Counted from the first letter of the stretch, positions 48,959-59,814 are shown. The stretch: DNA of 64,000 nt from an uncultured Desulfosarcina sp. (GCA_963674945.2 CAXXWQ010000004.1:1088001-1152000); one strand, 5' to 3'. Notes: generated by a model not told the origin, from the letters alone. Numbers and translations are program-made.

Positions 48959-49855
48959 TTACTCTCCTGCCACATCTTCTGTAGAGGAAGCGGATTCCTC
49001 TGTGGATTCTGTATTTTCAGTGCCGCCGGTGCCTTTCCGAATGATTTCGACGACCGGTCCGTTGGTACCGTCGGAAATCACCTTGCGTTCACCGGGTTTC
49101 AGGTCGGCGGCGGCGGATTCGATCTCGGTCTCTTCCTGTTCCTTGTCTGCTTCGGCCTGCTGACGCTCTTTATACCTGTCCTTTCCTTCGATGCAGGCGT
49201 CGGACATCTTGGAACTTACCAGACGAATGGCGCGGATCGCATCATCGTTTCCCGGGATGACGTAGTCAATCTCATCGGGATCGCAGTTGGTATCCACGAT
49301 CGCCACGATGGGGATTCCCAAACGACGGCCCTCACGAACGGCAATAGCCTCATTTTTCGGGTCAACGATGAAAATCGCACCGGGCAATTTTGTCATATTC
49401 CGGATGCCGCCCAATGTGCTGTCCAGCTTCACGCGTTCCTTGGCCAGCTTCAGCCGTTCTTTCTTTGGAAACAGGTTGATGGAACCGTCATTCTCGATGG
49501 TGTTGAGATGGTTGAGGCGGTCCACGCTCTTCTTGATGGTCTGGAAGTTTGTCAGCATACCGCCGAGCCAACGATTGTGGACATAAAACATTTCAGCCCG
49601 GTTGGCCTCTTCGTAAATGGATTCCCGGGCCTGCTTCTTGGTTCCCACGAACAAAACCGATTTTCCCTTCGCGACGGTATCGGCAATAAAATCGTAGGCG
49701 TCCCGAAACATTCTTACGGTTTTTTGAAGATCGATGATGTAGATACCGTTTCTGGCGCCAAAGATGTAAGGCTTCATCTTGGGATTCCAGCGTTTGGTTT
49801 GGTGCCCGAAGTGGACACCGGCTTCCAACATCTCTTTCATCGTCACGTAGGCCAT
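48959..49855 (-). CDS. rpsB: 30S ribosomal protein S2
   Basis: [25 protein letters not shown]. Confidence 0.98.
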   Translation of the reverse strand: MAYVTMKEMLEAGVHFGHQTKRWNPKMKPYIFGARNGIYIIDLQKTVRMFRDAYDFIADTVAKGKSVLFVGTKKQARESIYEEANRAEMFYVHNRWLGGMLTNFQTIKKSVDRLNHLNTIENDGSINLFPKKERLKLAKERVKLDSTLGGIRNMTKLPGAIFIVDPKNEAIAVREGRRLGIPIVAIVDTNCDPDEIDYVIPGNDDAIRAIRLVSSKMSDACIEGKDRYKERQQAEADKEQEETEIESAAADLKPGERKVISDGTNGPVVEIIRKGTGGTENTESTEESASSTEDVAGE

Positions 49856-49859
49856 TTGG

Positions 49860-49956
49860 TTCTCCTTTTCATTTGGTTAAACCTTCGCCCGCTTCATTCC
49901 TGGAATCCGACTTTCCCATTTCGAAAGCACCGGGACCCAAGTCCACGGACGTGTGA
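49860..49956 (-). promoter_or_regulatory. Probable rpsB (S2) autoregulatory leader
   Basis: On the minus strand CACACGTCCG...GGGTCCCGGTGC...GCGGGCGAAGG..AACC, resembling the S2-binding leader architecture. Confidence 0.5.
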
Positions 49957-50003
49957 ATAAAAACGATTTTAATTACCAAAATTCATATCGGCCCGCAAGT
50001 ATT

Positions 50004-50897
50004 TTATATGGAATTCTGCGAACTTCTTGTCTTCGCCAGCAACAAGCGGTCAAGTCCGGCGTAATCCTTTATGAATCGGGGGGGATCGTATTGACCGGCG
50101 GCCGAAACGATCTTCGAAACCGCCTCGCGTTGGTCGAATCCCATCTCCAGGGCCAGTACCCCTCCCGATTTCAGGTACAGGTGAGCCGTTTCGATGATGC
50201 GCCGTATGGCAAAAAGTCCGTCGGCACTGCCATCTAATGCCATTTTCGGTTCGAACAGGCGGATTTCCGGCGCAAGACCTTCGATGTCACCGCTTCGAAC
50301 ATACGGCGGATTGGAGACGATAAAATCGAATCGTGCATGGGCAGCAAGGGCCGTCTCCCAATTTCCGCAAAACCACTGAATACGGTCTGAAAGGCCGTTT
50401 CGACGGGCGTTTTCACGGGCGGTGGCAAGGGCGGCTGCGGATTGATCCATGGCAATGTAAAGATGTCGGGGATGATCATGGCAGAGGCTGATGACGATGG
50501 CCCCCGATCCGGTTCCCATCTCCAGCAGTCGACGGGGGGGGCCGTCGCCTTCCGAAAGGAACGGCGACAGCGCTTCCACCAGACACTCCGTCTCGGGACG
50601 CGGGATCAGTACGGACGGATTCACCGAAAACGGCAGAGACCAAAATTCACGGTTGCCGGTGATGTAGGCCACCGGCTCCTTGTTCAACCGCCGCTTGATG
50701 AGCGATTTAAAACGGGCCAACTCGTCTGCGCCAAGGGGTTTATCGTGGTTCAGGTAGAGATCGATGCGGCGGATTTCCAAGGCATGTGCCAGAAGTATCT
50801 CCGCCTCTATTCGGGGGCTTTCGATCCGATGATTTGAAAAATAGTCCGTCGTCCAGCGCACCAGTTCCAGACAGGTCCACGGCGAACTTCTATCCAT
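50004..50897 (-). CDS. prmC: Release factor glutamine methyltransferase
   Basis: [26 protein letters not shown]. Confidence 0.95.
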   Translation of the reverse strand: MDRSSPWTCLELVRWTTDYFSNHRIESPRIEAEILLAHALEIRRIDLYLNHDKPLGADELARFKSLIKRRLNKEPVAYITGNREFWSLPFSVNPSVLIPRPETECLVEALSPFLSEGDGPPRRLLEMGTGSGAIVISLCHDHPRHLYIAMDQSAAALATARENARRNGLSDRIQWFCGNWETALAAHARFDFIVSNPPYVRSGDIEGLAPEIRLFEPKMALDGSADGLFAIRRIIETAHLYLKSGGVLALEMGFDQREAVSKIVSAAGQYDPPRFIKDYAGLDRLLLAKTRSSQNSI

Positions 50898-51966
50898 CTG
50901 CGCTTTCCGCATGTTGAAGGGCCTGGCTCTGGTAGTGGGTGATCAGCGGTTCGATTACCTCGTCCACATCGCCTTGCAGGATATTTTCCAGTTTATACAG
51001 CGTCAACCCGATACGGTGGTCCGTAACCCGGCCCTGGGGGAAATTGTACGTTCGAATCCGTTCGCTGCGGTCACCGCTTCCCACCTGATTTCTTCGATTC
51101 TGGGAGCGTTCCTCGTTTTGTTCCCTGACCATCTGATCGAGCAATCGCGACCGGAGAACCTTCATGGCCTTGGCCTTGTTCTTGTGCTGGGACTTTTCAT
51201 CCTGGCAGGTGACCACCAGGCCCGACGGCAGATGGGTAATGCGAACGGCCGAATCGGTGGTATTGACGCTTTGCCCCCCCGGACCCGAAGAGCGGTAGAC
51301 ATCCACTTTGATCTCGTTGGGATCGATGTCGATTTCGATCTCCTCGGCTTCGGGCAGAACCGCCACCGTGACGGCGGAGGTGTGAATTCGTCCCTGGGCC
51401 TCCGTGGTGGGTACCCGCTGCACCCGGTGAGTGCCGCTTTCGAACTTGAGACGACTGTACGCCCCCTTGCCGCTGACGCTGGCGATGATCTCCTTCAGTC
51501 CTCCCACACCCGTGGTGTGGTGATCCAACACCTCCACCTTCCACCGTCGCCCCTCTGCATAGCGCTGGTACATCTTGAAAAGGTCGCCGGCAAAGAGTCC
51601 GGCTTCATCGCCACCGGTACCGGCCCGGATCTCTAAAATCACGTTCTTGTCGTCCAGCGGGTCCTTGGGAACCAAAAGAATCTTCAGTTCCTCAGTCAAC
51701 CGCTGTTTCTCTTTTTCCAGACGCGCCACCTCTTCACCGGCCATCTGTTTCATTTCGGGATCATCATCGCTGAGAAGTTCCAGGCTGTCGTCCAATTCCC
51801 GGTCTGCCTTCTTATATTCCCTGAACGCGGTGACGATGGGAAAAATTTCCGCATGTTCGCGGCTGTACTTTTGGTAGGCAATCCTGTCGGCAACCACCTT
51901 CGGATCCGATAATAACCGTTCCAACTCCTGATAACGATCTTCGACACCTTTTAGTTTATCAAACAT
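50890..51966 (-). CDS. prfA: Peptide chain release factor 1
   Basis: GGQ motif, PTT anticodon loop (RVPTTE), YNFPQ.RVTDHR. Confidence 0.97.
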   Translation of the reverse strand: MFDKLKGVEDRYQELERLLSDPKVVADRIAYQKYSREHAEIFPIVTAFREYKKADRELDDSLELLSDDDPEMKQMAGEEVARLEKEKQRLTEELKILLVPKDPLDDKNVILEIRAGTGGDEAGLFAGDLFKMYQRYAEGRRWKVEVLDHHTTGVGGLKEIIASVSGKGAYSRLKFESGTHRVQRVPTTEAQGRIHTSAVTVAVLPEAEEIEIDIDPNEIKVDVYRSSGPGGQSVNTTDSAVRITHLPSGLVVTCQDEKSQHKNKAKAMKVLRSRLLDQMVREQNEERSQNRRNQVGSGDRSERIRTYNFPQGRVTDHRIGLTLYKLENILQGDVDEVIEPLITHYQSQALQHAESADG

Positions 51967-52079
51967 GTTCACCGCCAATTAAAGAAGCCTGCCGACCCAA
52001 ACGAGGATTTCGATTGATAACGAGCGTTTATGCGTCTTACCGCGTAAGCGGCCTGTCCGTTTGGTGAAAGAGGAGATCG

Positions 52080-52110
52080 AAAAAGAAAAGACACGAGAAG
52101 GGCGCGTCTC
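52080..52110 (-). terminator. Putative intrinsic terminator after rpmE
   Basis: Minus strand AGACGCG-CCCTTCT-CGTGTCT followed by TTTCTTTTT. Confidence 0.5.
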
Positions 52111-52167
52111 GTTGCCGGCAAGGTGACCGGCAACGATCGGCAACCGAAACAATAAAGGGTGGATGCG

Positions 52168-52377
52168 CTACTGGTTTTGAAATTTTTCGTATTTTTTCCT
52201 GAACCGCTCGATGCGACCGGCCGTGTCCACCAGCTTTTGCTTACCGGTAAAAAACGGGTGGCACTTGGAACAAATTTCCACGCGTATGTCTTTTTTCGTC
52301 GAACCCACCTCAATGCTGTTGCCGCAGGCACACTGGATGGTCGTTGGATTATATTCCGGATGGATATCGGCTTTCAT
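52168..52377 (-). CDS. rpmE: 50S ribosomal protein L31 (Zn-binding form)
   Basis: [19 protein letters not shown]. Confidence 0.97.
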   Translation of the reverse strand: MKADIHPEYNPTTIQCACGNSIEVGSTKKDIRVEICSKCHPFFTGKQKLVDTAGRIERFRKKYEKFQNQ

Positions 52378-52404
52378 TGTAATTTCAACCCCCTATAGAA
52401 AAAT

Positions 52405-53652
52405 TTATGCATTCATCGAATCTAGAAAGTCGGCATTATCCTTCGTTCCGTTCATTTTTTCAAGTAAAAATTCGAGACTGTCCGACGGATTCAAGGACGC
52501 AAACAGTTTTCGCAGGATCCAGACCCGGTTCAAAGTGAGTTCGTCCAAGAGCAGTTCCTCTTTGCGGGTGCCGGACTTCTTGATATCGATGGCAGGGAAA
52601 ATACGCTTGTCGGCCAGGCGACGATCCAGCTGGATCTCCATGTTACCGGTTCCCTTGAACTCCTCGAAGATCACCTCATCCATCCGGCTGCCGGTATCCA
52701 CGAGGGCAGTGGCGATGATGGTCAGACTGCCACCCTCCTCGACATTCCGGGCGGCTCCGAAAAAACGCTTGGGGCGTTGCAGGGCGTTGGAGTCCACACC
52801 ACCGGAGAGGATCTTGCCGGAAGGGGGCATGACGGAGTTGTAGGCCCGCGCCAGACGGGTGATGCTGTCTAAGAGAATCACGACGTTCTTTTTGTGTTCC
52901 ACGAGCCGTTTGGCTTTTTCGATGACCATCTCGGCAACCTGGACATGGCGTTCGGCCGGTTCGTCGAAGGTGGAGCTGATCACCTCCCCTTTCACCGACC
53001 GCTCCATGTCCGTAACCTCTTCCGGCCGTTCGTCGATGAGCAACACGAAGAGCACGATGTCCTTGTGATTTTTGACGACGCAATTGGCGATACACTGGAG
53101 CAGCATGGTCTTGCCCGAACGTGGCGGGGAGACGATCAGGCCGCGCTGTCCGAACCCGATGGGCGTCAAGAGGTCCATGATCCGGGCGGAATAGTTTTCC
53201 GGATCCACCTCCAGATTCATTTTGTTCTCGGGATAAAGCGGTGTCAGGTTGTCGAAGAGTATCTTCTCCCGGGCGACTTCGGGATCTTCGTAATTGACCG
53301 CTTCGACCTTCAAAAGGGCAAAATAGCGTTCAGATTCCTTGGGCTGGCGGATCTGGCCGGACACGGTGTCTCCGGTACGAAGGTTGAACCGCCGAATCTG
53401 CGATGGTGAGACGTAGATATCGTCCGGGCCGGGCAGGTAGTTGTAATTGGGTGCGCGAAGAAAACCGAATCCATCGGGCAGAATTTCCAGCGTACCTTCT
53501 CCGTAGATCAACCCGTTCTTCTCGATCTGGGCCTGGAGCAATGAAAAGATCAGCTCCTGTTTTCGCATGCCAGCAGCCCCGTCGATATTGAGCTGTTTGG
53601 CCATCTTGTTCAGTTCATTGATCTTCTTGTTTTTCAGTTCAACAATATTCAT
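52405..53652 (-). CDS. rho: Transcription termination factor Rho
   Basis: [30 protein letters not shown]. Confidence 0.98.
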   Translation of the reverse strand: MNIVELKNKKINELNKMAKQLNIDGAAGMRKQELIFSLLQAQIEKNGLIYGEGTLEILPDGFGFLRAPNYNYLPGPDDIYVSPSQIRRFNLRTGDTVSGQIRQPKESERYFALLKVEAVNYEDPEVAREKILFDNLTPLYPENKMNLEVDPENYSARIMDLLTPIGFGQRGLIVSPPRSGKTMLLQCIANCVVKNHKDIVLFVLLIDERPEEVTDMERSVKGEVISSTFDEPAERHVQVAEMVIEKAKRLVEHKKNVVILLDSITRLARAYNSVMPPSGKILSGGVDSNALQRPKRFFGAARNVEEGGSLTIIATALVDTGSRMDEVIFEEFKGTGNMEIQLDRRLADKRIFPAIDIKKSGTRKEELLLDELTLNRVWILRKLFASLNPSDSLEFLLEKMNGTKDNADFLDSMNA

Positions 53653-53992
53653 CAACACACCCCATTATTGGATTGATATTTTCCGCCACTGGCAACAATT
53701 GTCCATATGGTTTCATGATCCAGGAAAATCCCGATGGGTTCCCGATCATCGGTTCGCGGGTACAATGACAAGGGGCCGACCCCCCTTCCGGTATTTCGTT
53801 TCTCACGGTAAATGGTGCCTTCCGGGTGAAATGGCTTGAGCAGCTGATTTTTTGGAGGAATATGCGTGTTTTTATGATAGATGTTACTCTGGTTCCCTCA
53901 CCAACTGGGCCTGTCGGTGATACATATGGGTTCTGTTATACCATGCACCCGTCGGTGTCAAGCATTAGGTTGCAATCCGATCCATCTACCTC

Positions 53993-54038
53993 GCGGTCAA
54001 CCGGAAATGGCCAATTTGCCTACTTCTGGAAAGACACT
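53993..54038. repeat. Family-1 element, internally deleted mini-copy (opposite orientation)
   Basis: GGTCAACCGGAAATGGCC-AATTTGCC-TACTTCTGGAAAGACACT, i.e. both terminal arms joined. Confidence 0.7.
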
Positions 54039-54086
54039 GCTTCAATTTTATTCGGTTGACATGTATGAAGGTATGAATAATGTGGA

Positions 54087-55511
54087 ATGACTATGGATTC
54101 GAACCCGAACATATCTTTTGACTTTTTGCCGGACAACCTTTCGGGGATTTATCTGGTGGGAGGGGGCGTGCGTGACGCGATGATGGGCAACCACCCTTCG
54201 GATATCGACCTGGTTGTACAGGGGGACATCCGTAACGCAGCCGGATGGATCGCTGACCGCATCGGCGGGAAAGTCGTCGATCTCGGGAAAAAAGGGTTTC
54301 GTGTGCTTCGGGTCGCAGCGGCCGACAGAGTCATCGATATCGCCCCGCTCACACAAGGAACCATCGAAGACGACCTTCGACAACGGGATTTTACCATCAA
54401 TGCCATGGCCTACGACCTCCGGCAACGAGAGGTGGTAGATTGCACGGGCGGCCGAATGGACCTGGAAAAAAAGAGAATTCGAATTGTCTCACCTTCGGCA
54501 TTGGAAAAAGATCCGGCGAGACTGGTCCGTGCCTTTCGTATGTTGACCATGTTCGGTTTTTCCATCGCCGACGATACCCGCGATGCCATCGCCCGCACAC
54601 GACACCTCGTAAAGGATGTCGCAGGCGAACGGATCTGGACGGAGCTGATCAAGATCTTCGACAATGACGATTCTTTTCCGATTATCAATCAGATGGCGGG
54701 TTGCGGGTTGCTCACGGAGATCTTTCCCGAACTGGTACCAACCATCGGGTGCAGCCAGAACCGGCACCATGCATTCGACGTATTCGATCACGCTCTTTTC
54801 ACGTACAAACATGTGGAGGCGCTGATCGCCGGAACCTATGCACCGTTTGCATACCTGACACAGCTCCATGATATAAAGAGGGTAATGGAATGCAAGGCAA
54901 CGATAAAGTACAGTACGCTGCTCCACGATGTGGGAAAACCGGCCACGCGTATCACCGGTGAAAAAGGAGCCGTTCGCTTTCCCGGTCACGCGGCAAGGGG
55001 AGCGGACATTGCCGCATCCGCCAGTCATCGGCTGAGACTCTCCAGACGCCAGCGCACAGCGGCCCACATCATCATTCGCAATCACATCCGACCGCTTTCT
55101 CTTTACCTGGCCGACCGGAACCGGACGTTACGACGTCGTGGTATGGTCCGCTTTTTCAACCATTGCGGACTGTTTACCTTTCCGGTAATCATTCATGCCA
55201 TGGCAGACATCCTGGCCAAAAAGAAAGATCCTCTGGACGATACCGACCCGTTTCTGGAATTCTGCCACCGCCTCATCCGAATCCATGGAGAGGTATCCGA
55301 CCAGCAGGCGGCTGTCCTGCCGCTGATCGACGGAGATGACCTCATCAAACTCTTTGGTTTGCGCCCTTCTCCGATTTTCAAACAGATCTTGCAGCGGGTC
55401 GACGAAAGACGGCTGTCCGGCGATCTTACGACCCGAACACAAGCCCTTCGTTGGGTTGACGCCTATCTTGCACGATGCGAGGAAAAAACGGTTTCATCCG
55501 ATGACATGTAA
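54087..55511 (+). CDS. Class II tRNA nucleotidyltransferase with HD domain (probably CC-adding)
   Basis: VGGGVRD..DID, RDFTINAM, DPARLVR, ERIW.EL, LLHDVGKP. Confidence 0.88.
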   Translation: MTMDSNPNISFDFLPDNLSGIYLVGGGVRDAMMGNHPSDIDLVVQGDIRNAAGWIADRIGGKVVDLGKKGFRVLRVAAADRVIDIAPLTQGTIEDDLRQRDFTINAMAYDLRQREVVDCTGGRMDLEKKRIRIVSPSALEKDPARLVRAFRMLTMFGFSIADDTRDAIARTRHLVKDVAGERIWTELIKIFDNDDSFPIINQMAGCGLLTEIFPELVPTIGCSQNRHHAFDVFDHALFTYKHVEALIAGTYAPFAYLTQLHDIKRVMECKATIKYSTLLHDVGKPATRITGEKGAVRFPGHAARGADIAASASHRLRLSRRQRTAAHIIIRNHIRPLSLYLADRNRTLRRRGMVRFFNHCGLFTFPVIIHAMADILAKKKDPLDDTDPFLEFCHRLIRIHGEVSDQQAAVLPLIDGDDLIKLFGLRPSPIFKQILQRVDERRLSGDLTTRTQALRWVDAYLARCEEKTVSSDDM

Positions 55512-55545
55512 ATAGAAGTGTCTTGAACCATTTTGGAGAAGGAGG

Positions 55546-55670
55546 GTGCAAGTGCCTATAGTGCGCGAAAGTGCCCAAAGTTAATGTATTCTGCCTTTTT
55601 CTATAAACGGCGGAGTGAAACGACTCGTGAACTTTAGGCACTTTAGTTCACTATATCATAGCTACTTGCG
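55546..55670. repeat. Inverted array of about 10-mer repeats with an internal hairpin
   Basis: AGTGCCTATA GTGCGCGAAA GTGCCCAAAGTT ... AACTTTAGGCAC TTTAGTTCAC TATA. Confidence 0.65.
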
Positions 55671-55699
55671 ATTCCCCTGGTCACCCGCCCAGGGGATGC

Positions 55700-55728
55700 T
55701 TGACAAGCCCCTATCATTTCTGTAGTAA
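55700..55728 (+). promoter_or_regulatory. Putative sigma70 promoter about 215 nt upstream of adk
   Basis: TTGACA-N17-TAGTAA. Confidence 0.45.
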
Positions 55729-55942
55729 CGCGGTTAACCGGCACGCTTGCCCTTCGGTGCCAGCCTGCCTCACCATCATCGATACCGGTTGATGCGGCTT
55801 ACACCGCCCAACGAAAAGTACGGCACTCGGGGAGTATCTGGTATTTGTGTCCGTTGGCCAGGATGCATGACCACCGGTCCGGGTGCGATTTGCAGTATAA
55901 TGATCCTGTTGCAGGAAACGGGAAACAGAAAGGAGAATGTGA

Positions 55943-56620
55943 ATGAACATCTTGTTTTTTGGCCCCAATGGCAGCGGAAAAGGCACCCAAGGTGCCATCT
56001 TGAAAGACAAGTACAGTACCCCCCATATCGAGTCCGGGGCAATCTTTCGGGAAAATATCGGTAAAGGGACCGAACTGGGCGCCAAGGCAAAAGCCTATAT
56101 CGACAAAGGTGACCTTGTACCGGATGAGATCACCATCCCCATGATTCTCGACCGGCTGAAGCAAGATGATTGCAAAAACGGCTGGCTGTTGGATGGTTTC
56201 CCCCGAAACAAAAACCAGGCCATCAAGCTGGACGAGGCACTCAAGGAAGCCGGAATGGCTCTGGACATCGTGGTAGAGATTCTTCTGGATCGAGAAATAG
56301 CCAAGAATCGAATCATGGGTCGTCGTCTGTGCGTCAACGACAACAACCACCCCAACAACATCTACATCGATGCCATCAAGCCCGATGGTGATAAATGCCG
56401 CGTGTGTGGTGGAGACCTGAAGACCCGTAACGACGATCAGGACGAAGCCGCCATCAACAAACGGCACGATATTTACTATGACACCACCGATGGAACCCTT
56501 GCCTCGGCCTACTACTTCAAGGATTTGGCCGAAAAAGGCTCATCCATGAAATACATCACCCTGGACGGTGCCCCCAGCGTAAAAGAGGTAACCGCCGAGT
56601 TGGTTTCCAAATTGGATTAA
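55943..56620 (+). CDS. adk: Adenylate kinase with metal-binding LID
   Basis: GPNGSGKGTQ, LDGFPR, C-x5-H-x15-C-x2-C. Confidence 0.97.
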   Translation: MNILFFGPNGSGKGTQGAILKDKYSTPHIESGAIFRENIGKGTELGAKAKAYIDKGDLVPDEITIPMILDRLKQDDCKNGWLLDGFPRNKNQAIKLDEALKEAGMALDIVVEILLDREIAKNRIMGRRLCVNDNNHPNNIYIDAIKPDGDKCRVCGGDLKTRNDDQDEAAINKRHDIYYDTTDGTLASAYYFKDLAEKGSSMKYITLDGAPSVKEVTAELVSKLD

Positions 56621-56647
56621 CACCCGACGGTACCCACCCGTATTGAA

Positions 56648-56690
56648 AGACGGCGGAGCCTTTGCATAAAACGGCTCTGCCGTTTTCCGT
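56648..56690 (+). terminator. Intrinsic terminator after adk
   Basis: ACGGCGGAGCC...GGCTCTGCCGT followed by TTT. Confidence 0.65.
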
Positions 56691-56854
56691 TTCCGGATGC
56701 CGCCCATTTTTTGTGCCGGCCGGCTATTTTTCTATTGAATGAAAAGTCATTTTTTGATATTTAATTGGGTTACGAAAAAGAATAAAAATAACCATCAAAA
56801 ATACAAGATACTACCATTTTGTCGATTCGATGGGAAAAAGGGGGTTGAGCAAGT

Positions 56855-57061
56855 TTGAAAGCAATCGAGGTTAAAGTTTTCGACAACGATCTCGAAAAGG
56901 CCATGCGCATTTTGAAGAAAAAGATTCAGAATGACGGCCTTTTTAAGCGGTTGAAGTTGAAAAAAAGCTACGAGAAACCAAGTGAGTACCGTCGCCGAAA
57001 GGAGCGTGAAGCGTTGCGCAGACAGCGCATTGCAGCGGCACGCGCCAGAAGATATCGATAG
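56855..57061 (+). CDS. rpsU: 30S ribosomal protein S21
   Basis: LEKA.R.LKKK, YEKPSE.RRRK; TTG start. Confidence 0.95.
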   Translation: MKAIEVKVFDNDLEKAMRILKKKIQNDGLFKRLKLKKSYEKPSEYRRRKEREALRRQRIAAARARRYR

Positions 57062-57081
57062 CGACATTTCCGTTTGAGATG

Positions 57082-57124
57082 AAGACCCGGTTGGGAGAGT
57101 ATCCCTGCCGGGTTTTTGTTGTTT
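57082..57124 (+). terminator. Intrinsic terminator after rpsU
   Basis: ACCCGG...CCGGGT followed by TTTTGTTGTTT. Confidence 0.6.
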
Positions 57125-57151
57125 CGCGTCCAGTTGGAACTAGGAACAGCC

Positions 57152-58447
57152 ATGCCAAGTAGTGCCTACACCCAATGTCTCGAGTCCATGTATGCAATGA
57201 GGCGGTTCGGGATCGTGTTGGGCCTGTCCGTAATCACCAGGATACTGGAAGGCCTGGGAAATCCACAGCGGACCTTTTCCGCCATCCACATCGCCGGCAC
57301 CAACGGGAAGGGTTCCATCGCTTCGGCCTTGGCCACGATTCTGCAAAACGCCGGATACCGCGTCGGGCTTTACACCTCTCCCCATTTGATCCGATTCAAC
57401 GAAAGGATCTTGGTCGACGGCACACCGATTTCCGACGATCGGGTCGTCTCCTCCTGGCAGGCGGTGAAATCCGTTCACCATGGAGACCGGGAACCCACTT
57501 TTTTCGAATTTTCAACGGCCATGGCCTTTCATGAATTCGGTCGTCAACAGGTGGACTGGGCCGTGATCGAAACCGGAATGGGGGGGCGGATGGACGCCAC
57601 CAATGTTCTCTCTCCTTCCGTTTGTGTCGTCACCAACATCTCTTTGGAGCATCGAACCTACCTGGGCAATACCATTTCTGCGATTACCGGTGAAAAGGCG
57701 GGTATCATCAAGCCCGGCACCCCCGTGATCACCGGGGTGAGCCAGAAAAGCGCCAAGGCGGTGATCGAGAAAGTCGCATCGGAGAATGCCGCCCCCCTGT
57801 ACATGAAAGGACGGGATTTTCGTGTGCGCCGCGGCGTCGGTGACCGGTTCTCTTATCTGGGTATCGACCATCGATGGTCGGGGATGCAATCCGGTCTGAT
57901 GGGCGGACACCAGGTGGACAACGCGGCGCTTACCCTCGCGGCCTGCGAGATTCTCATGCGAAGTGGCGTCGAATTGACAAGAGACCGAGTTCAAACCGGC
58001 CTGATCCACAATCAATGGCCGGGGCGCCTGGAGGTGGTTTCGAAGAGGCCCTATGTGATCCTAGACGGCGCCCACAACCTCATGGCAGCCAGACGACTGG
58101 GCCGCTTCTTGAAGGAAAACCTGGCAGGTAAAAAAATTACTATGGTGGCCGGCATCCTGGACGACAAACCTTACAAGGCCATTTTAAAGGATTTACTGGC
58201 ACCATGCGACCGATTGATCATCACGCGCCCCAAAATCGACCGTTCCCTTCCTTGCGAGACCCTGGCAACGGTGGCGAAACCGATGATTTCGAAAATCGAC
58301 ACCATCCCAGACGTCGGCGACGCAGTAAGGCATGCTATTTCAACAACCGCACCCGACGATGCAGTGTGCATCGCCGGTTCCCTGTACGTCGTGGGAGAGG
58401 CGAAAGCCGCACTGGAATCATCGGGAGACGCCCTTTTTCAGGTATAG
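57152..58447 (+). CDS. folC: Folylpolyglutamate synthase / dihydrofolate synthase
   Basis: HIAGTNGKGS, YTSPHL, ETGMGGR.DATN, DGAHN, GSLYVVG. Confidence 0.96.
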   Translation: MPSSAYTQCLESMYAMRRFGIVLGLSVITRILEGLGNPQRTFSAIHIAGTNGKGSIASALATILQNAGYRVGLYTSPHLIRFNERILVDGTPISDDRVVSSWQAVKSVHHGDREPTFFEFSTAMAFHEFGRQQVDWAVIETGMGGRMDATNVLSPSVCVVTNISLEHRTYLGNTISAITGEKAGIIKPGTPVITGVSQKSAKAVIEKVASENAAPLYMKGRDFRVRRGVGDRFSYLGIDHRWSGMQSGLMGGHQVDNAALTLAACEILMRSGVELTRDRVQTGLIHNQWPGRLEVVSKRPYVILDGAHNLMAARRLGRFLKENLAGKKITMVAGILDDKPYKAILKDLLAPCDRLIITRPKIDRSLPCETLATVAKPMISKIDTIPDVGDAVRHAISTTAPDDAVCIAGSLYVVGEAKAALESSGDALFQV

Positions 58448-58506
58448 CCGCCTTATGGGTTGACTTGTTTTGGCGAATCCTCTATTTTCTCTCGTCAAAT
58501 CCGTTC

Positions 58507-58582
58507 GCGCCCGTAGCTCAGTGGATAGAGCACTAGCCTCCGGAGCTAGGTGTCGCAGGTTCGATCCCTGCCGGGCGCGCCA
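58507..58582 (+). tRNA. tRNA-Arg (anticodon CCG), CCA encoded
   Basis: Acceptor stem GCGCCCG/CGGGCGC, anticodon arm CTAGC-CTCCGGA-GCTAG, T-loop GGTTCGATCC, 3' GCCA. Confidence 0.97.
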
Positions 58583-59026
58583 GAAAAAAACAAGGTTTTG
58601 GAAATTTCGGTTTCTGCGCCTTTTTTCGTTTTCCACCCACTAAGGTTTTCCCGAAACCAACCGATATGATACGCAACAACTTTTGGTGACGCGTGAAAAT
58701 CGACACGGGCACCATGGATTTGTTTTCATACAACTCCTATCAAAATAGAAGAGGCCAGGTAACCCCCTGGCCTTATCTATTACCTGAAAAGAGAGATGGC
58801 CAGAAGCATTACCCCTTAGCCGTTGTTTTTTTTACCTTTGACTGTAGGTATACAGGCGAGTTGCGGTGAGCCCATGGATAACTATTGGCGATTCCTATTC
58901 TTGTATATGTTTTGGCCACGATACTCTTTCATATGGAAAAGACAAAATCATCATGTATCGTACTGGTTTTCAAGGCATGCGCGGCTTTACCGATGAAACT
59001 GAAATTTTCTGGTTCGGCAAGGCCGG

Positions 59027-59380
59027 TTACGCCAGCGTTTTCGAATACAATATTGTTTTTACAATCGCCATGGTAATGCAAACCAACATTGGCGCAACGG
59101 CTCTAAGCCCATTTGCTACTTCATTTTTTTGTACTTCAACTGGAAATACAAAACAGGCCACACCAATGGCGACCATGACGATTGACCAGTAAAGAAGCTG
59201 CTTACCGCCGTATTTATTTATTTTGTACCAATTATCATCAGAGGTGAGGGCTTTTTTAATTCGAAAACCATACAAATTGTTCATGGGGATTTTCTTTGCA
59301 ATAAGAGGGATACTCAGAAAGATGAAAACCAGACCACTTGAAATGTTTACAATTCCGAAAATAAAATTTAAATTTTTCAT
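59027..59380 (-). CDS. SdpI/YhfL-family membrane protein
   Basis: Three TM segments; N.LYGFR...A..SD.NWY.IN..GGK signature; AT-rich. Confidence 0.8.
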   Translation of the reverse strand: MKNLNFIFGIVNISSGLVFIFLSIPLIAKKIPMNNLYGFRIKKALTSDDNWYKINKYGGKQLLYWSIVMVAIGVACFVFPVEVQKNEVANGLRAVAPMLVCITMAIVKTILYSKTLA

Positions 59381-59814
59381 GTTTCCTCACATACCGGACG
59401 AATTGCTCAATAGAGAAGGTTTATTTTTGAATCAATCCCGGTAACTCAGAAGGATGTGACATTTTCGCCTTTGGTCTTATCTCTTCTATTAACTCCAAAT
59501 ACCATAATAATTTTACTATTGGTATCATCGATATTCAATAGACATTCATTTGCATCCCATTTTGTTTTCAAATTTTTTAAAATACAATTTTCATTAATCT
59601 ATTAGCAATAAGGTAGTAACAAATGGAAAAGAATTTCTTCGGGGAGGGATCTCAATAAAAATTTGATGCGGAAAGGAAGAGCAATCATTTCGTATTGTCC
59701 AATGCAACATGCTATATACCAACCCTATTTTTACCATAGCGTATGCTCAGGAAAGGGTTGTATGCCGGTACCTGATAAAGGAACATTTCCCTGCAGCGGA
59801 AAGAATAACGCCCG

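Noticed and set aside
28367..55670. Repeats considered as a CRISPR array or integron attC cassettes
   Set aside because: No regularly spaced direct repeats with unique spacers, no cas or intI gene, and no consistent RYYYAAC/GTTRRRY ends.
58583..59026. Integrase remnant or small ORFs after the tRNA
   Set aside because: No tyrosine or serine recombinase motifs in the listed ORFs; the + strand ORFs overlap the SdpI-like gene antisense.
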